From the human T2T-CHM13v2.0 reference genome, Homo sapiens: 64,000 nucleotides of DNA. The translations under genes and the position numbers were made by a program. Below the pieces are notes generated by a model. That model was not told the origin of the DNA. It did not search any database and was given only the letters and a program-made list of their open reading frames with translations. Positions within the stretch are counted from its first letter, which is position 1. Every line of letters begins with the position of its first letter. Positions 43,228 through 56,700 of the stretch are shown here, piece after piece. The stretch lies in assembly GCF_009914755.1 (NCBI RefSeq), contig NC_060948.1; one strand, written 5' to 3'.

Positions 43228-46200
43228 ATGGAGTCAAATGGAATGGTCTGGAATGGAATGAACACGAATGTAATGCAATCCAATAGAATGGAATCGAATG
43301 GCATGGAATGTAAAGAAATGGAATCGAAGAGAATGGAAACAAATGGAATGGAATTGAATGGAATGGAATTGAATGGAATGGGAACGAATGGAGTGAAATT
43401 GTATGCAGTAGAAGAGAATAGAATGGAATGCAAGCGAAAGGAAAGGAATGGATTGGAATGGAATGGAATTCATTGGAATGGAAGGGAATGTAGTGTAATG
43501 GACAGGCCTGGAATAAAGTGGAATGCTACGGTCTCGAATGGAATAAAAATGTATGGAATGGAATGCAATGAAACGGAATCGAATGTCATAGAATGTAATG
43601 GAATGCAAAAAAATGGAATCCAAAATCATTGACTGGAAAGGCTGGGTGTCGAAAGGAATTGACTCCAATGGAATGGAATCGAATGGCATGGAAGTGAATA
43701 GAATGGAACTAAATCGAATGGAATGGAATTGATAGGAACGGAATGGAAAGGAATGCAATGATTTGGCATGGAATGGAATCGAATGGCATCGAATGGAATG
43801 GAATGGAATGCAATGGAATGGAATGTATTAGAATGTAATGAACTTTAATGGAATGTACTCGAATGGATTCGACTGGAATGGAATGTTCTCGAAGTGAATG
43901 GACTCCAATGGAATGGATTCGAAAGGAATGGAATCTAATGGAATGGAATTAAATGGAAATGAATCAAATTGAATAGAACGGAATTGAATTGAATGGAATC
44001 GAATGCAATGGAATCTAATGAAAAGGAAAGGAAAGGAATGGAATGGATTGGAATGGAATGGGCTGGAATGGAATGGAATCGAAACGAATGGAATGGAATC
44101 GAACTGAAGAGACTGGAATGGAATGCACTGGAATGGAAGGGAATGTAATGGAAGGTTCTCAAGAAAAATGGAATCGAAAGGAATGGAATTGAATGGAACG
44201 GAATAGAGTCGAATGGAATTCAATGGAATGGAATGGACTAGAGTGAAATGGAATCGAACCACAAGGAATGGACAGGAATAGAATGGTCTCGAATTGAATG
44301 GAATCGTATGGAATGGCATCAAACGGAATGGAATGGACAGCCACGGAATGGAATGCACTCGAATGCAATGGAGTCGACACTAACGGAGTGGAATAGAATG
44401 GACTCGACTGGTACGGACTCCAATGGAATGGAATCGAATGGAAGGGTATCGAACGGAATGGACTCGAAGGGAAAAGACTGCAATGGAAAGGTCTCGAATG
44501 GAATGGAAATTAATGGAATGGAATGGAATCGAATGAAATGGAGTCAAAAGGAATGGAATCGAATGGCAAGAAATCGAATGTAATGGAATCGCAAGGAATT
44601 GAAGTGAACGGAACGGAATGCAATGGAATCCAAAGGAATGGAATAGAATGGAATGGAATCGAATGGAAAGGACTCGAATGGAAATCACTCGAATAGAATG
44701 CAATTTAATAAAATAGGATCAAATGTAATGGAATGGAATGGAAAGGAATCGAAACGAAAGGAATGGAGACAGATGGAATGGAATGGAACAGAGAGCAATG
44801 GTATAGAATGGAATGGAATCATCTGGAATGGAATTGAATGGAATGGAATAATATGAAATGGAATGGAATGGAATGGAATGCCCTTGAATTAAATGGACTG
44901 GAATGGAATGGACTCGAACAGAGTGGAATGGAAAGTGTTGAAATAGAATGGAATGGACTCGTTTGGAATGGTCTAGTATGCAATGCAATCGACTGGCAGG
45001 GAATCAAAAGGAATGTAATCGAATGGATTGGACTGGAATGCAATGGACTCGAATAGATTGGAAACGGAAAGCAAAGGAATGGAATGGAATAGTATGGAAT
45101 GGAATGGAAAGGAATGGAGTGGAATAGACTAGAGTGGAATGGAATGGACTGGAAAGCAATGGACTGGAATGGAACTTTCTTGAATGGACTGGAATCAAAC
45201 GGAATGGAATGCAATGCAATCAAATGGCATGGAATAAAATAGAATGAAAGAGAATCAAATGGAATTGAATCGAATGGAATCGAATGGATTGGAAAGGAAT
45301 AGAATGGAATGGAACGGAATTGACTCAAATGGAATGGACTAGAATGGAATGGATTCGAATGGAAGGCAAATGAATGGAATCTATTGGAATGGACTGTAAT
45401 GGAATGGAATGGAAGGGATTGGAATGGACTCGAATAGAATGGACTGCAATAGAAAGGATTCGAATGGAATGAAAAAGAATTGAATGAAATAGAAGAGAAT
45501 GGAAACAAATCGAATGAAATGGAATGGAAGAGAAAGGAATGGAATGAAATGGAATGGAAAGGATTCGAATGGAATGCAATCGAATGGAATGGAATCGAAC
45601 GGAATGGAATAAAATGGAAGAAAACTGGCAAGAAATGGAATCGAAATGAATGGAGTGTTATGGAACGGACTCAAAAGGAATTGAATGTAATAGAATGGAG
45701 TGGAGTGGACTCGAATATAATGGACTGGAATGGAATGAAATCACATGGAATGGGAACGAATGGAATGGAATGGAAAGGAATGGAATCGAATGGAAAGGAA
45801 TCGAATGGAAGGGAATGAAATTGAATCAACAGGAATGGAAGGGAGTAGAATAGACGGTAATGGAATGGACTCGAATAGAATGGACACGAATGCTCAAATT
45901 GAATGGACTCGAATGGAATGGAAACGAAAGGAATGTCATCGAATGGAATTGAATCGATTGGAATGAAATCGCATAGAATGGAGTGGAATCAAATGGAATT
46001 GAATCGAAAGGAAAGGAAGCGAATGGACTGAAATGAAATGGAATGGAATTGAATGGAAAGTAATGCAATGGAATAGAATGGAACGAAATTTCACGGAATG
46101 GAATCAAACTGAATGGAATCAAATCAATGGAATATAATCAAATGGAATGGAAAGGAATTGAACGGAGTAGATTGGATTGGATGGGATTGGAATGAAATGT

Positions 46201-46741
46201 ACTGGAAAGGACTCGAAATTCATGAAACGGAATGGAATGAACTGGAACGGAATGGAATCGAATGGAATGGAATGTCATGTAATGGCATCAAATGGAATGG
46301 AATCGAATGCGATGGAATGCTATGGAATGGAATGGAATGCATAGGAATGGAATGTCCTCTAATGGAATGTATTCGAGTGGAATGGAATCGAATATAATGC
46401 AGTCTAATGAAATGGAATTGAAAGGAATGGGACCGAATACAATGGAATAAACTGGAATGTAATGTAATGAACTCGAATGTAATTGACTGGAATGGAATGT
46501 ACATGAATGGAATGTAATCGCATGGAAAGCAATCCAATGGAATAGAATCTAATGCAATAAAATCGACTCAAATAGAGTAGAATGTAATGGAATGGAGTGC
46601 AGTGCAATGGAATGGAATGGAATGCAACGGAATGGAATGGAATGGAATGGAATGGGATGGAATGGTATGGAATGGATAGTAATGGACTGGAGTGAAATGG
46701 ACTGGAAAAGAATGGACTCAAATTGAAAGGGCTCGAAAGGA
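43228..46741 (+). repeat. DYZ1 unit 13, subtype B (3514 bp)
   Basis: GTTCTCAAGA at ~44155; GAGTCGACACTAACGG at 44371. Confidence 0.88.
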
Positions 46742-49700
46742 ATGGAGTCAAATGGAATGGTCTGGAATGGAATGAACACGAATGTAATGCAATCCAATAG
46801 AATGGAATCGAATGGCATAGAATATAAAGAAATGGAATCGAAGAGAATGGAAACAAATGGAATGGAATTGAATGGAATGGAATTGAATGGAATGGGAACG
46901 AATGGAGTGAAATTGTATGCAGTAGAAGAGAATAGAATGGAATGCAAGCGAAAGGAAAGGAATGGATTGGAATGGAATGGAATTCATTGGAATGGAAGGG
47001 AATGTAGTGTAATGGACAGGCCTGGAATAAAGTGGAATGCTACGGTCTCGAATGGAATAAAAATGTATGGAATGGAATGCAATGAAACGGAATCGAATGT
47101 CATAGAATGTAATGGAATGCAAAAAAATGGAATCCAAAATCATTGACTGGAAAGGCTGGGTGTCGAAAGGAATTGACTCCAATGGAATGGAATCGAATGG
47201 AATGGAAGTGAATAGAATCGAACTAAATCGAATGGAATGGAATTGATAGGAACGGAATGGAAAGGAATGCAATGATTTGGCATGGAATGGAATCGAAAGG
47301 CATCGAATGGAATGGAATGGAATGCAATGGAATGGAATGTATTAGAATGTAATGAACATTAATGGAAAGTACTCGAATGGATTCGACTGGAATGGAATGT
47401 TCTGGAAGTGAATGGACTCCAATGGAATGGATTCGAAAGGAATGGAATCGAACGGAATGGAATTAAACGGAAATGAATCAAATAGAATAGAACGGAATTG
47501 AATTGAATGGAATCGAATGCAATGGAATCTAATGAAACGGAAAGGAATGGAATGGAATGGGCTGGAATGGAATGGAATCGAAACGAATGGAATGGAATCG
47601 AACTGAAGAGACTGGAATGGAATGCACTGGAATGGAAGGGAATGTAATGGAAGGTTCTCGAAAAAAATGGAATCGAAAGGAATGGAATTGAATGGAACGG
47701 AATAGAGTCGAATGGAATTCAATGGAATGGAATGGACTAGAGTGAAATGGAATCGAACCACAAGGAATGGACAGGAATAGAATGGTCTCGAATTGAATGG
47801 AATCGTATGGAATGGCATCAAACGGAATGGAATGGACGGCCACGGAATGGAATGCACTCGAATGCAATGGAGTCGAAACTAATGGACTGGAATAGAATGG
47901 ACTCGACTGGTACGGACTCCAATGGAATGGAATCGAATGGAAGGGAATCGAACGGAATGGACTCGAAGGGAAAAGACTGCAATGGAAAGGTCTCGAATGG
48001 AATGGAAATTAATGGAATGGAATGGAATCGAATGAAATGGAGTCAAAAGGAATGGAATCGAATGGCAAGAAATCGAATGTAATGGAATCGCAAGGAATTG
48101 ATGTGAACGGAACGGAATGGAATGGAATCCAAAGGAATGGAATAGAATGGAATGGAATCGAATGGAAAGGACTCGAATGGAAATCACTCGAATAGAATGC
48201 AATTAAATAAAATAGGATCAAATGTAATGGAATGGAATGGAAAGGAATCGAAACGAAAGGAATGGAGACAGATGGAATGGAATGGAACAGAGAGCAATGG
48301 TATAGAATGGAATGGAATCATCTGGAATGGAATTGAATGGAATGGAATAATATGAAATGGAATGGAATGGAATGGAATACCCTTGAATTAAATGGACTGG
48401 AATGGAATGGACTCGAACAGAGTGGAATGGAAAGTGTTGAAATAGAATGGAATGGACTCGTTTGGAATGGTCTAGTATGCAATGCAATCGACTGGCAGGG
48501 AATCAAAAGGAATGTAATCGAATGGATTGGACTGGAATGCAATGGACTCGAATAGATTGGAAACGGAAAGCAAAGGAATGGAATGGAATAGTATGGAATG
48601 GAATGCAAAGGAATGGAGTGGAATAGACTAGAGTGGAATGGAATGGACTCGAAAGCAATGGACTGGAATGGAACTTTCTTGAATGGACTGGAATCAAACG
48701 GAATGGAATGCAATGCAATCAAATGGCATGGAATAAAATAGAATGAAAGAGAATCAAATGGAATTGAATCGAATGGAATCGAATGGATTGGAAAGGAATA
48801 GAATGGAATGGAATGGAATTGACTCAAATGGAATGGACTAGAATGGAATGGATTCGAATGGAAGGCAAAGGAATGGAATCTATTGGAATGGACTGTAATG
48901 GAATGGAATGGAAGGGATTGTAATGGACTCGAATGGAATGGACTGCAGTAGAAAGGATTCGAATGGAATGAAAAAGAATTGAATGGAATAGAACAGAATG
49001 GAATCAAATCGAATGAAATGGAATGGAATAGAAAGGAATGGAATGAAATGGAATGGAAAGGATTCGAATGGAATGCAATCGAATGGAATGAAATCGAATG
49101 GAATGGAATCGAACGGAATGGAATAAAATGGAAGAAAACTGGCAAGAAATGGAATCGAAATGAATGGAGTGTTACGGAACGGACTCAAAAGGAATTGAAT
49201 GTAATAGAATGGAGTGGAGTGGACTCGAATATAATGGACTAGAATGGAATGAAATCACATGGAATGGGAACGAATGGAATGGAATGGAAAGGAATGGAAT
49301 CGAATGGAAAGGAATCGAATGGAAGGGAATGAAATTGAATCAACAGGAATGGAAGGGAGTAGAATAGACGGTAATGGAATGGACTCGAATAGAATGGACA
49401 CGAATGCTCAAATTGAATGGACTCGAATGGAATGGCAACGAAAGGAATGTCATCGAATGGAATTGAATCGTTGGAATGAAATCACATAGAATGGAGTGGA
49501 ATCAAATGGAATTGAATCGAAAGGAAAGGAAGCGAATGGACTGAAATGAAATGGAATGGAATTGAATGGAAATTAATGCAATGGAATAGAATGGAACGAA
49601 ATTTCACGGAATGGAATCAAACTGAATGGAATCAAATCAATGGAATATAATCAAATGGAATGGAAAGGAATTGAATGGAGTAGATTGGATTGGATGGGAT

Positions 49701-50254
49701 TGGAATGAAATGTACTGGAAAGGACTCGAATTTCATGAAACGGAATGGAATGAATTAGAACGGAATGGACTCGAATGGAATGGAATGTCATGGAATGGCA
49801 TCAAATGGAATGGAATCGAATGCAATGGAATGCTTTGGAATGGAATGGAATGCATTGGAATGGAATGTCCTCTAATGGAATGTATTCGAGTGGAATGGAA
49901 TCGAATATAATGGAGTCTAATGAAATGGAATTGAAAGGAATGGGACCGAATACAATGGAATATACTGGAATGTAATGTAATGAACTCGAATGTAATTGAC
50001 TGGAATGGAATGTACATGAATGGAATGTAATCGAATGGAAAGCAATCCAATGGAATAGAATCTAATGCAATAAAATCGACTCAAATAGAGTAGAATGTAA
50101 TGGAATGGAGTGCAGTGCAATGGAATGGAATGGAATGGAATGCAATGGAATGGAATGGAATGGAATGGGATGGAATGGTATGGAATGGATAGTAATGGAC
50201 TGGAGTGAAATGGACTGGAAAAGAATGGACTCAAATTGAAAGGGCTCGAAAGGA
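46742..50254 (+). repeat. DYZ1 unit 14, chimeric C/D (3513 bp)
   Basis: C markers up to ~47880 (AACATT ~47355, GGACGGCCAC ~47834), then none of the downstream C markers; private 1-bp deletion AATCG-TTGG at ~49470. Confidence 0.82.
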
Positions 50255-53200
50255 ATGGAGTCAAATGGAATGGTCTGGAATGGAATGAACACGAATGTAA
50301 TGCAATCCAATAGAATGGAATCGAATGGCATGGAATATAAAGAAATGGAATCGAAGAGAATGGAAACAAATGGAATGGAATTGAATGGAATGGAATTGAA
50401 TGGAATGGGAACGAATGGAGTGAAATTGTATGCAGTAGAAGAGAATAGAATGGAATGCAAGCGAAAGGAAAGGAATGGATTGGAATGGAATGGAATTCAT
50501 TGGAATGGAAGGGAATGTAGTGTAATGGACAGGCCTGGAATAAAGTGGAATGCTACGGTCTCGAATGGAATAAAAATGTATGGAACGGAATGCAATGAAA
50601 CGGAATCGAATGTCATAGAATGTAATGGAATGCAAAAAAATGGACTCCAAAATCATTGACTGGAAAGGCTGGGTGTCGAAAGGAATTGACTCCAATGGAA
50701 TGGAATCGAATGGAATGGAAGTGAATAGAATCGAACTAAATCGAATGGAATGGAATTGATAGGAACGGAATGGAAAGGAATGCAATGATTTGGCATGGAA
50801 TGGAATCGAATGGCATCGAATGGAATGGAATGGAATGCAATGGAATGGAATGTATTAGAATGTAATGAACTTTAATGGAATGTACTCGAATGGATTCGAC
50901 TGGAATGGAATGTTCTCGAAGTGAATGGACTCCAATGGAATGGATTCGAAAGGAATGGAATCTAATGGAATGGAATTAAATGGAAATGAATCAAATTGAA
51001 TAGAACGGAATTGAATTGAATGGAATCGAATGCAATGGAATCTAATGAAACGGAAAGGAAAGGAATGGAATGGATTGGAATGGAATGGGCTGGAATGGAA
51101 TGGAATCGAAACGAATGGAATGGAATCGAACTGAAGAGACTGGAATGGAATGCACTGGAATGGAAGGGAATGTAATGGAAGGTTCTCGAAAAAAATGGAA
51201 TCGAAAGGAATGGAATTGAATGGAACGGAATAGAGTCGAATGGAATTGAATGGAATGGAATGGACTAGAGTGAAATGGAATCGAACCACAAGGAATGGAC
51301 AGGAATAGAATGGTCTCGAATTGAATGGAATCGTATGGAATGGCATCAAACGGAATGGAATGGACAGCCACGGAATGGAATGGACACCCACGGAATGGAA
51401 TGCACTCGAATGCAATGGAGTCGACACTAATGGACTGGAATAGAATGGACTCGACTGGTACGGACTCCAATGGAATGGAATCGAATGGAAGGGAATCGAA
51501 AGGAATGGACTCGAAGGGAAAAGACTGCAATGGAAAGGTCTCGAATGGAATGGAAATTAATGGAATGGAATGGAATCGAATGAAATGGAGTCAAAAGGAA
51601 TGGAATCGAATGGCAAGAAATCGAATGTAATGGAATCGCAAGGAATTGATGTGAACGGAACGGAATGGAATGGAATCCAAAGGAATGGAATAGAATGGAA
51701 TGGAATCGAATGGAAAGGACTCGAATGGAAATCACTCGAATAGAATGCAATTTAATAAAATAGGATCAAATGTAATGGAATGGAATGGAAAGGAATCGAA
51801 ACGAAAGGAATGGAGACAGATGGAATGGAATGGAACAGAGAGCAATGGTATAGAATGGAATGGAATCATCTGGAATGGAATTGAATGGAATGGAATAATA
51901 TGAAATGGAATGGAATGGAATGGAATGCCCTTGAATTAAATGGACTGGAATGCAATGGACTCGAACAGAGTGGAATGGAAAGTGTTGAAATAGAATGGAA
52001 TGGACTCGTTTGGAATGGTCTAGTATGCAATGCAATCGACTGGCAGGGAATCAAAAGGAATGTAATCGAATGGATTGGACTGGAATGCAATGGACTCGAA
52101 TAGATTGGAAGCGGAAAGCAAAGGAATGGAATGGAATAGTATGGAATGGAATGCAAAGGAATGGAGTGGAATAGACTAGAGTGGAATGGAATGGACTCGA
52201 AAGCAATGGACTGGAATGGAACTTTCTTGAATGGACTGGAATCAAACGGAATGGAATGCAATGCAATCAAATGGCATGGAATAAAATAGAATGAAAGAGA
52301 ATCAAATGGAATTGAATCGAATGGAATCGAATGGATTGGAAAGGAATAGAATGGAATGGAATGGAATTGACTCAAATGGAATGGACTAGAATGGAATGGA
52401 TTCGAATGGAAGGCAAAGGAATGGAATCTATTGGAATGGACTGTAATGGAATGGAATGGAAGGGATTGGAATGGACTCGAATGGAATGCGCTGCAATAGA
52501 AAGGATTCGAATGGAATGAAAAAGAATTGAATGGAATAGAACAGAATGGAATCAAATCGAATGAAATGGAATGGAATAGAAAGGAATGCAATGAAATGGA
52601 ATGGAAAGGATTCCAATGGAATGCAATCGAATGGAATGAAATCGAATGGAATGGAATCGAACGGAATGGAATAAAATGGAAGAAAACTGGCAAGAAATGG
52701 AGTCGAAATGAATGGAGTGTTATGGAACGGACTCAAAAGGAATTGAATGTAATAGAATGGAGTGGAGTGGACTCGAATATAATGGACTGGAGTGGAATGA
52801 AATCACATGGAATGGGAACGAATGGAATGGAATGGAAAGGAATGGAATCGAATGGAAAGGAATCGAATGGAAGGGAATGAAATTGAATCAACAGGAATGG
52901 AAGGGAGTAGAATCGACGGTAATGGAATGGACTCGAATAGAATGGACACGAATGCTCAAATTGAATGGACTCGAATGGAATGGAAACGAAAGGAATGTCA
53001 TCGAATGGAATTGAATCGATTGGAATGAAATCACATAGAATGGAGTGGAATCAAATGGAATTGAATCGAAAGGAAAGGAAGCGAATGGACTGAAATGAAA
53101 TGGAATGGAATTGAATGGAAATTAATGCAATGGAATAGAATGGAACGAAATTTCACGGAATGGAATCAAACTGAATGGAATCAAATCAATGGAATATAAT

Positions 53201-53798
53201 CAAATGGAATGGAAAGGAATTGAATGGAGTAGATTGGATTGGATGGGATTGGAATGAAATGTACTGGAAAGGACTCGAATTTCATGAAACGGAATGGAAT
53301 GAATTAGAACGGAATGGACTCGAATGGAATGGAATGTCATGGAATGGCATCAAATGGAATGGAATCGAATGCGATGGAATGCTATGGAATGGAATGGAAT
53401 GCATTGGAATGGAATGTCCTCTAATGGAATGGATTCGAGTGGAATGGAATCGAATATAATGGAGTCTAATGAAATAGAATTGAAAGGAATGGGACCGAAT
53501 ACAATGGAATATACTGGAATGTAATGTAATGAACTCGAATGTAATTGACTGGAATGGAATGTACATGAATGGAATGTAATCGAATGGAAAGCAATCCAAT
53601 GGAATAGAATCTAATGCAATAAAATCGAGTCAAATAGAGTAGAATGTAATGGAATGGAGTGCAGTGCAATGGAATGGAATGGAATGGAATGCAATGGAAT
53701 GGAATGGAATGGGATGGAATGGTATGGAATGGATAGTAATGGACTGGAGTGAAATGGACTGGAAAAGAATGGACTCAAATTGAAAGGGCTCGAAAGGA
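50255..53798 (+). repeat. DYZ1 unit 15, subtype D (3544 bp)
   Basis: 20-bp duplication GGACAGCCACGGAATGGAAT/GGACACCCACGGAATGGAAT at 51362-51401; second EcoRI site lost at ~51243. Confidence 0.85.
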
Positions 53799-56700
53799 AT
53801 GGAGTCAAATGGAATGGTCTGGAATGGAATGAACACGAATGTAATGCAATCCAATAGAATGGAATCGAATGGCATGGAATATAAAGAAATGGAATCGAAG
53901 AGAATGGAAACAAATGGAATGGAATTGAATGGAATGGAATTGAATGGAATGAGAACGAATGGAGTGAAATTGTATGCAGTAGAAGAGAATAGAATGGAAT
54001 GCAAGCGAAAGGAAAGGAATGGATTGGAATGGAATGGAATTCATTGGAATGGAAGGGAATGTAGTGTAATGGACAGGCCTGGAATAAAGTGGAATGCTAC
54101 GGTCTCGAATGGAATAAAAATGTATGGAATGGAATGCAATGAAACGGAATCGAATGTCATAGAATGTAATGGAATGCAAAAAAATGGAATCCAAAATCAT
54201 TGACTGGAAAGGCTGGGTGTCGAAAGGAATTGACTCCAATGGAATGGAATCGAATGGAATGGAAGTGAATAGAATCGAACTAAATCGAATGGAATGGAAT
54301 TGATAGGAACGGAATGGAAAGGAATGCAATGATTTGGCATGGAATGGAATCGAATGGCATCGAATGGAATGGAATGGAATGCAATGGAATGGAATGTATT
54401 AGAATGTAATGAACTTTAATGGAATGTACTCGAATGGATTCGACTGGAATGGAATGTTCTCGAAGTGAACGGACTCCAATGGAATGGATTCGAAAGGAAT
54501 GGAAACTAATGGAATGGAATTAAACGGAAATGAATCAAATAGAATAGAACGGAATTGAATTGAATGGAATCGAATGCAATGGAATCTAATGAAACGGAAA
54601 GGAATGGAATGGAATGGGCTGGAATGGAATGGAATCGAAACGAATGGAATGGAATCGAACTGAAGAGACTGGAATGGAATGCACTGGAATGGAAGGGAAT
54701 GTAATGGAAGGTTCTCGAAAAAAATGGAATCGAAAGGAATGGAATTGAATGGAACGGAATAGAGTCGAATGGAATTCAATGGAATGGAATGGACTAGAGT
54801 GAAATGGAATCGAACCACAAGGAATGGACAGGAATAGAATGGTCTCGAATTGAATGGAATCGTATGGAATGGCATCAAACGGAATGGAATGGACAGCCAC
54901 GGAATGGAATGGACACCCACGGAATGGAATGCACTCGAATGCAATGGAGTCGACACTAATGGACTGGAATAGAATGGACTCGACTGGTACGGACTCCAAT
55001 GGAATGGAATCGAATGGAAGGGAATCGAAAGGAATGGACTCGAAGGGAAAAAACTGCAATGGAAAGGTCTCCAATGGAATGGAAATTAATGGAATGGAAT
55101 GGAATCGAATGAAATGGAGTCAAAAGGAATGGAATCGAATGGCAAGAAATCGAATGTAATGGAATCGCAAGGAATTGATGTGAACGGAACGGAATGGAAT
55201 GGAATCCAAAGGAATGGAATAGAATGGAATGGAATCGAATGGAAAGGACTCGAATGGAAATCACTCGAATAGAATGCAATTTAATAAAATAGGATCAAAT
55301 GTAATGGAATGGAATGGAAAGGAATCGAAACGAAAGGAATGGAGACAGATGGAATGGAATGGAACAGAGAGCAATGGTATAGAATGGAATGGAATCATCT
55401 GGAATGGAATTGAATGGAATGGAATAATATGAAATGGAATGGAATGGAATGGAATGCCCTTGAATTAAATGGACTGGAATGCAATGGACTCGAACAGAGT
55501 GGAATGGAAAGTGTTGAAATAGAATGGAATGGACTCGTTTGGAATGGTCTAGTATGCAATGCAATCGACTGGCAGGGAATCAAAAGGAATGTAATCGAAT
55601 GGATTGGACTGGAATGCAATGGACTCGAATAGATTGGAAACGGAAAGCAAAGGAATGGAATGGAATAGTATGGAATGGAATGCAAAGGAATGGAGTGGAA
55701 TAGACTAGAGTGGAATGGAATGGACTCGAAAGCAATGGACTGGAATGGAACTTTCTTGAATGGACTGGAATCAAACGGAATGGAATGCAATGCAATCAAA
55801 TGGCATGGAATAAAATAGAATGAAAGAGAATCAAATGGAATTGAATCGAATGGAATCGAATGGATTGGAAAGGAATAGAATGGAATGGAATGGAATTGAC
55901 TCAAATGGAATGGACTAGAATGGAATGGATTCGAATGGAAGGCAAAGGAATGGAATCTATTGGAATGGACTGTAATGGAATGGAATGGAAGGGATTGGAA
56001 TGGACTCGAATGGAATGGACTGCAGTAGAAAGGATTCGAATGGAATGAAAAAGAATTGAATGGAATAGAACAGAATGGAATCAAATCGAATGAAATGGAA
56101 TGGAATAGAAAGGAATGGAATGAAATGGAATGGAAAGGATTCGAATGGAATGCAATCGAATGGAATGCCATCGAATGGAATGGAATCGAACGGAATGGAA
56201 TAAAATGGAAGAAAACTGGCAAGAAATGGAATCGAAATGAATGGAGTGTTATGGAACGGACTCAAAAGGAATTGAATGTAATAGAATGGAGTGGAGTGGA
56301 CTCGAATATAATGGACTGGAATGGAATGAAATCACATGGAATGGGAACGAATGGAATGGAATGGAAAGGAATGGAATCGAATGCAAAGGAATCGAATGGA
56401 AGGGAATGAAATTGAATCAACAGGAATGGAAGGGAGTAGAATAGACGGTAATGGAATGGACTCGAAGAGAATGGACACGAATGCTCAAATTGAATGGACT
56501 CGAATGGAATGGCAACGAAAGGAATGTCATCGAATGGAATTGAATCGATTGGAATGAAATCACATAGAATGGAGTGGAATCAAATGGAATTGAATCGAAA
56601 GGAAAGGAAGCGAATGGACTGAAATGAAATGGAATGGAATTGAATGGAAATTAATTCAATGGCATAGAATGGAACGAAATTTCACGGAATGGAATCAAAC

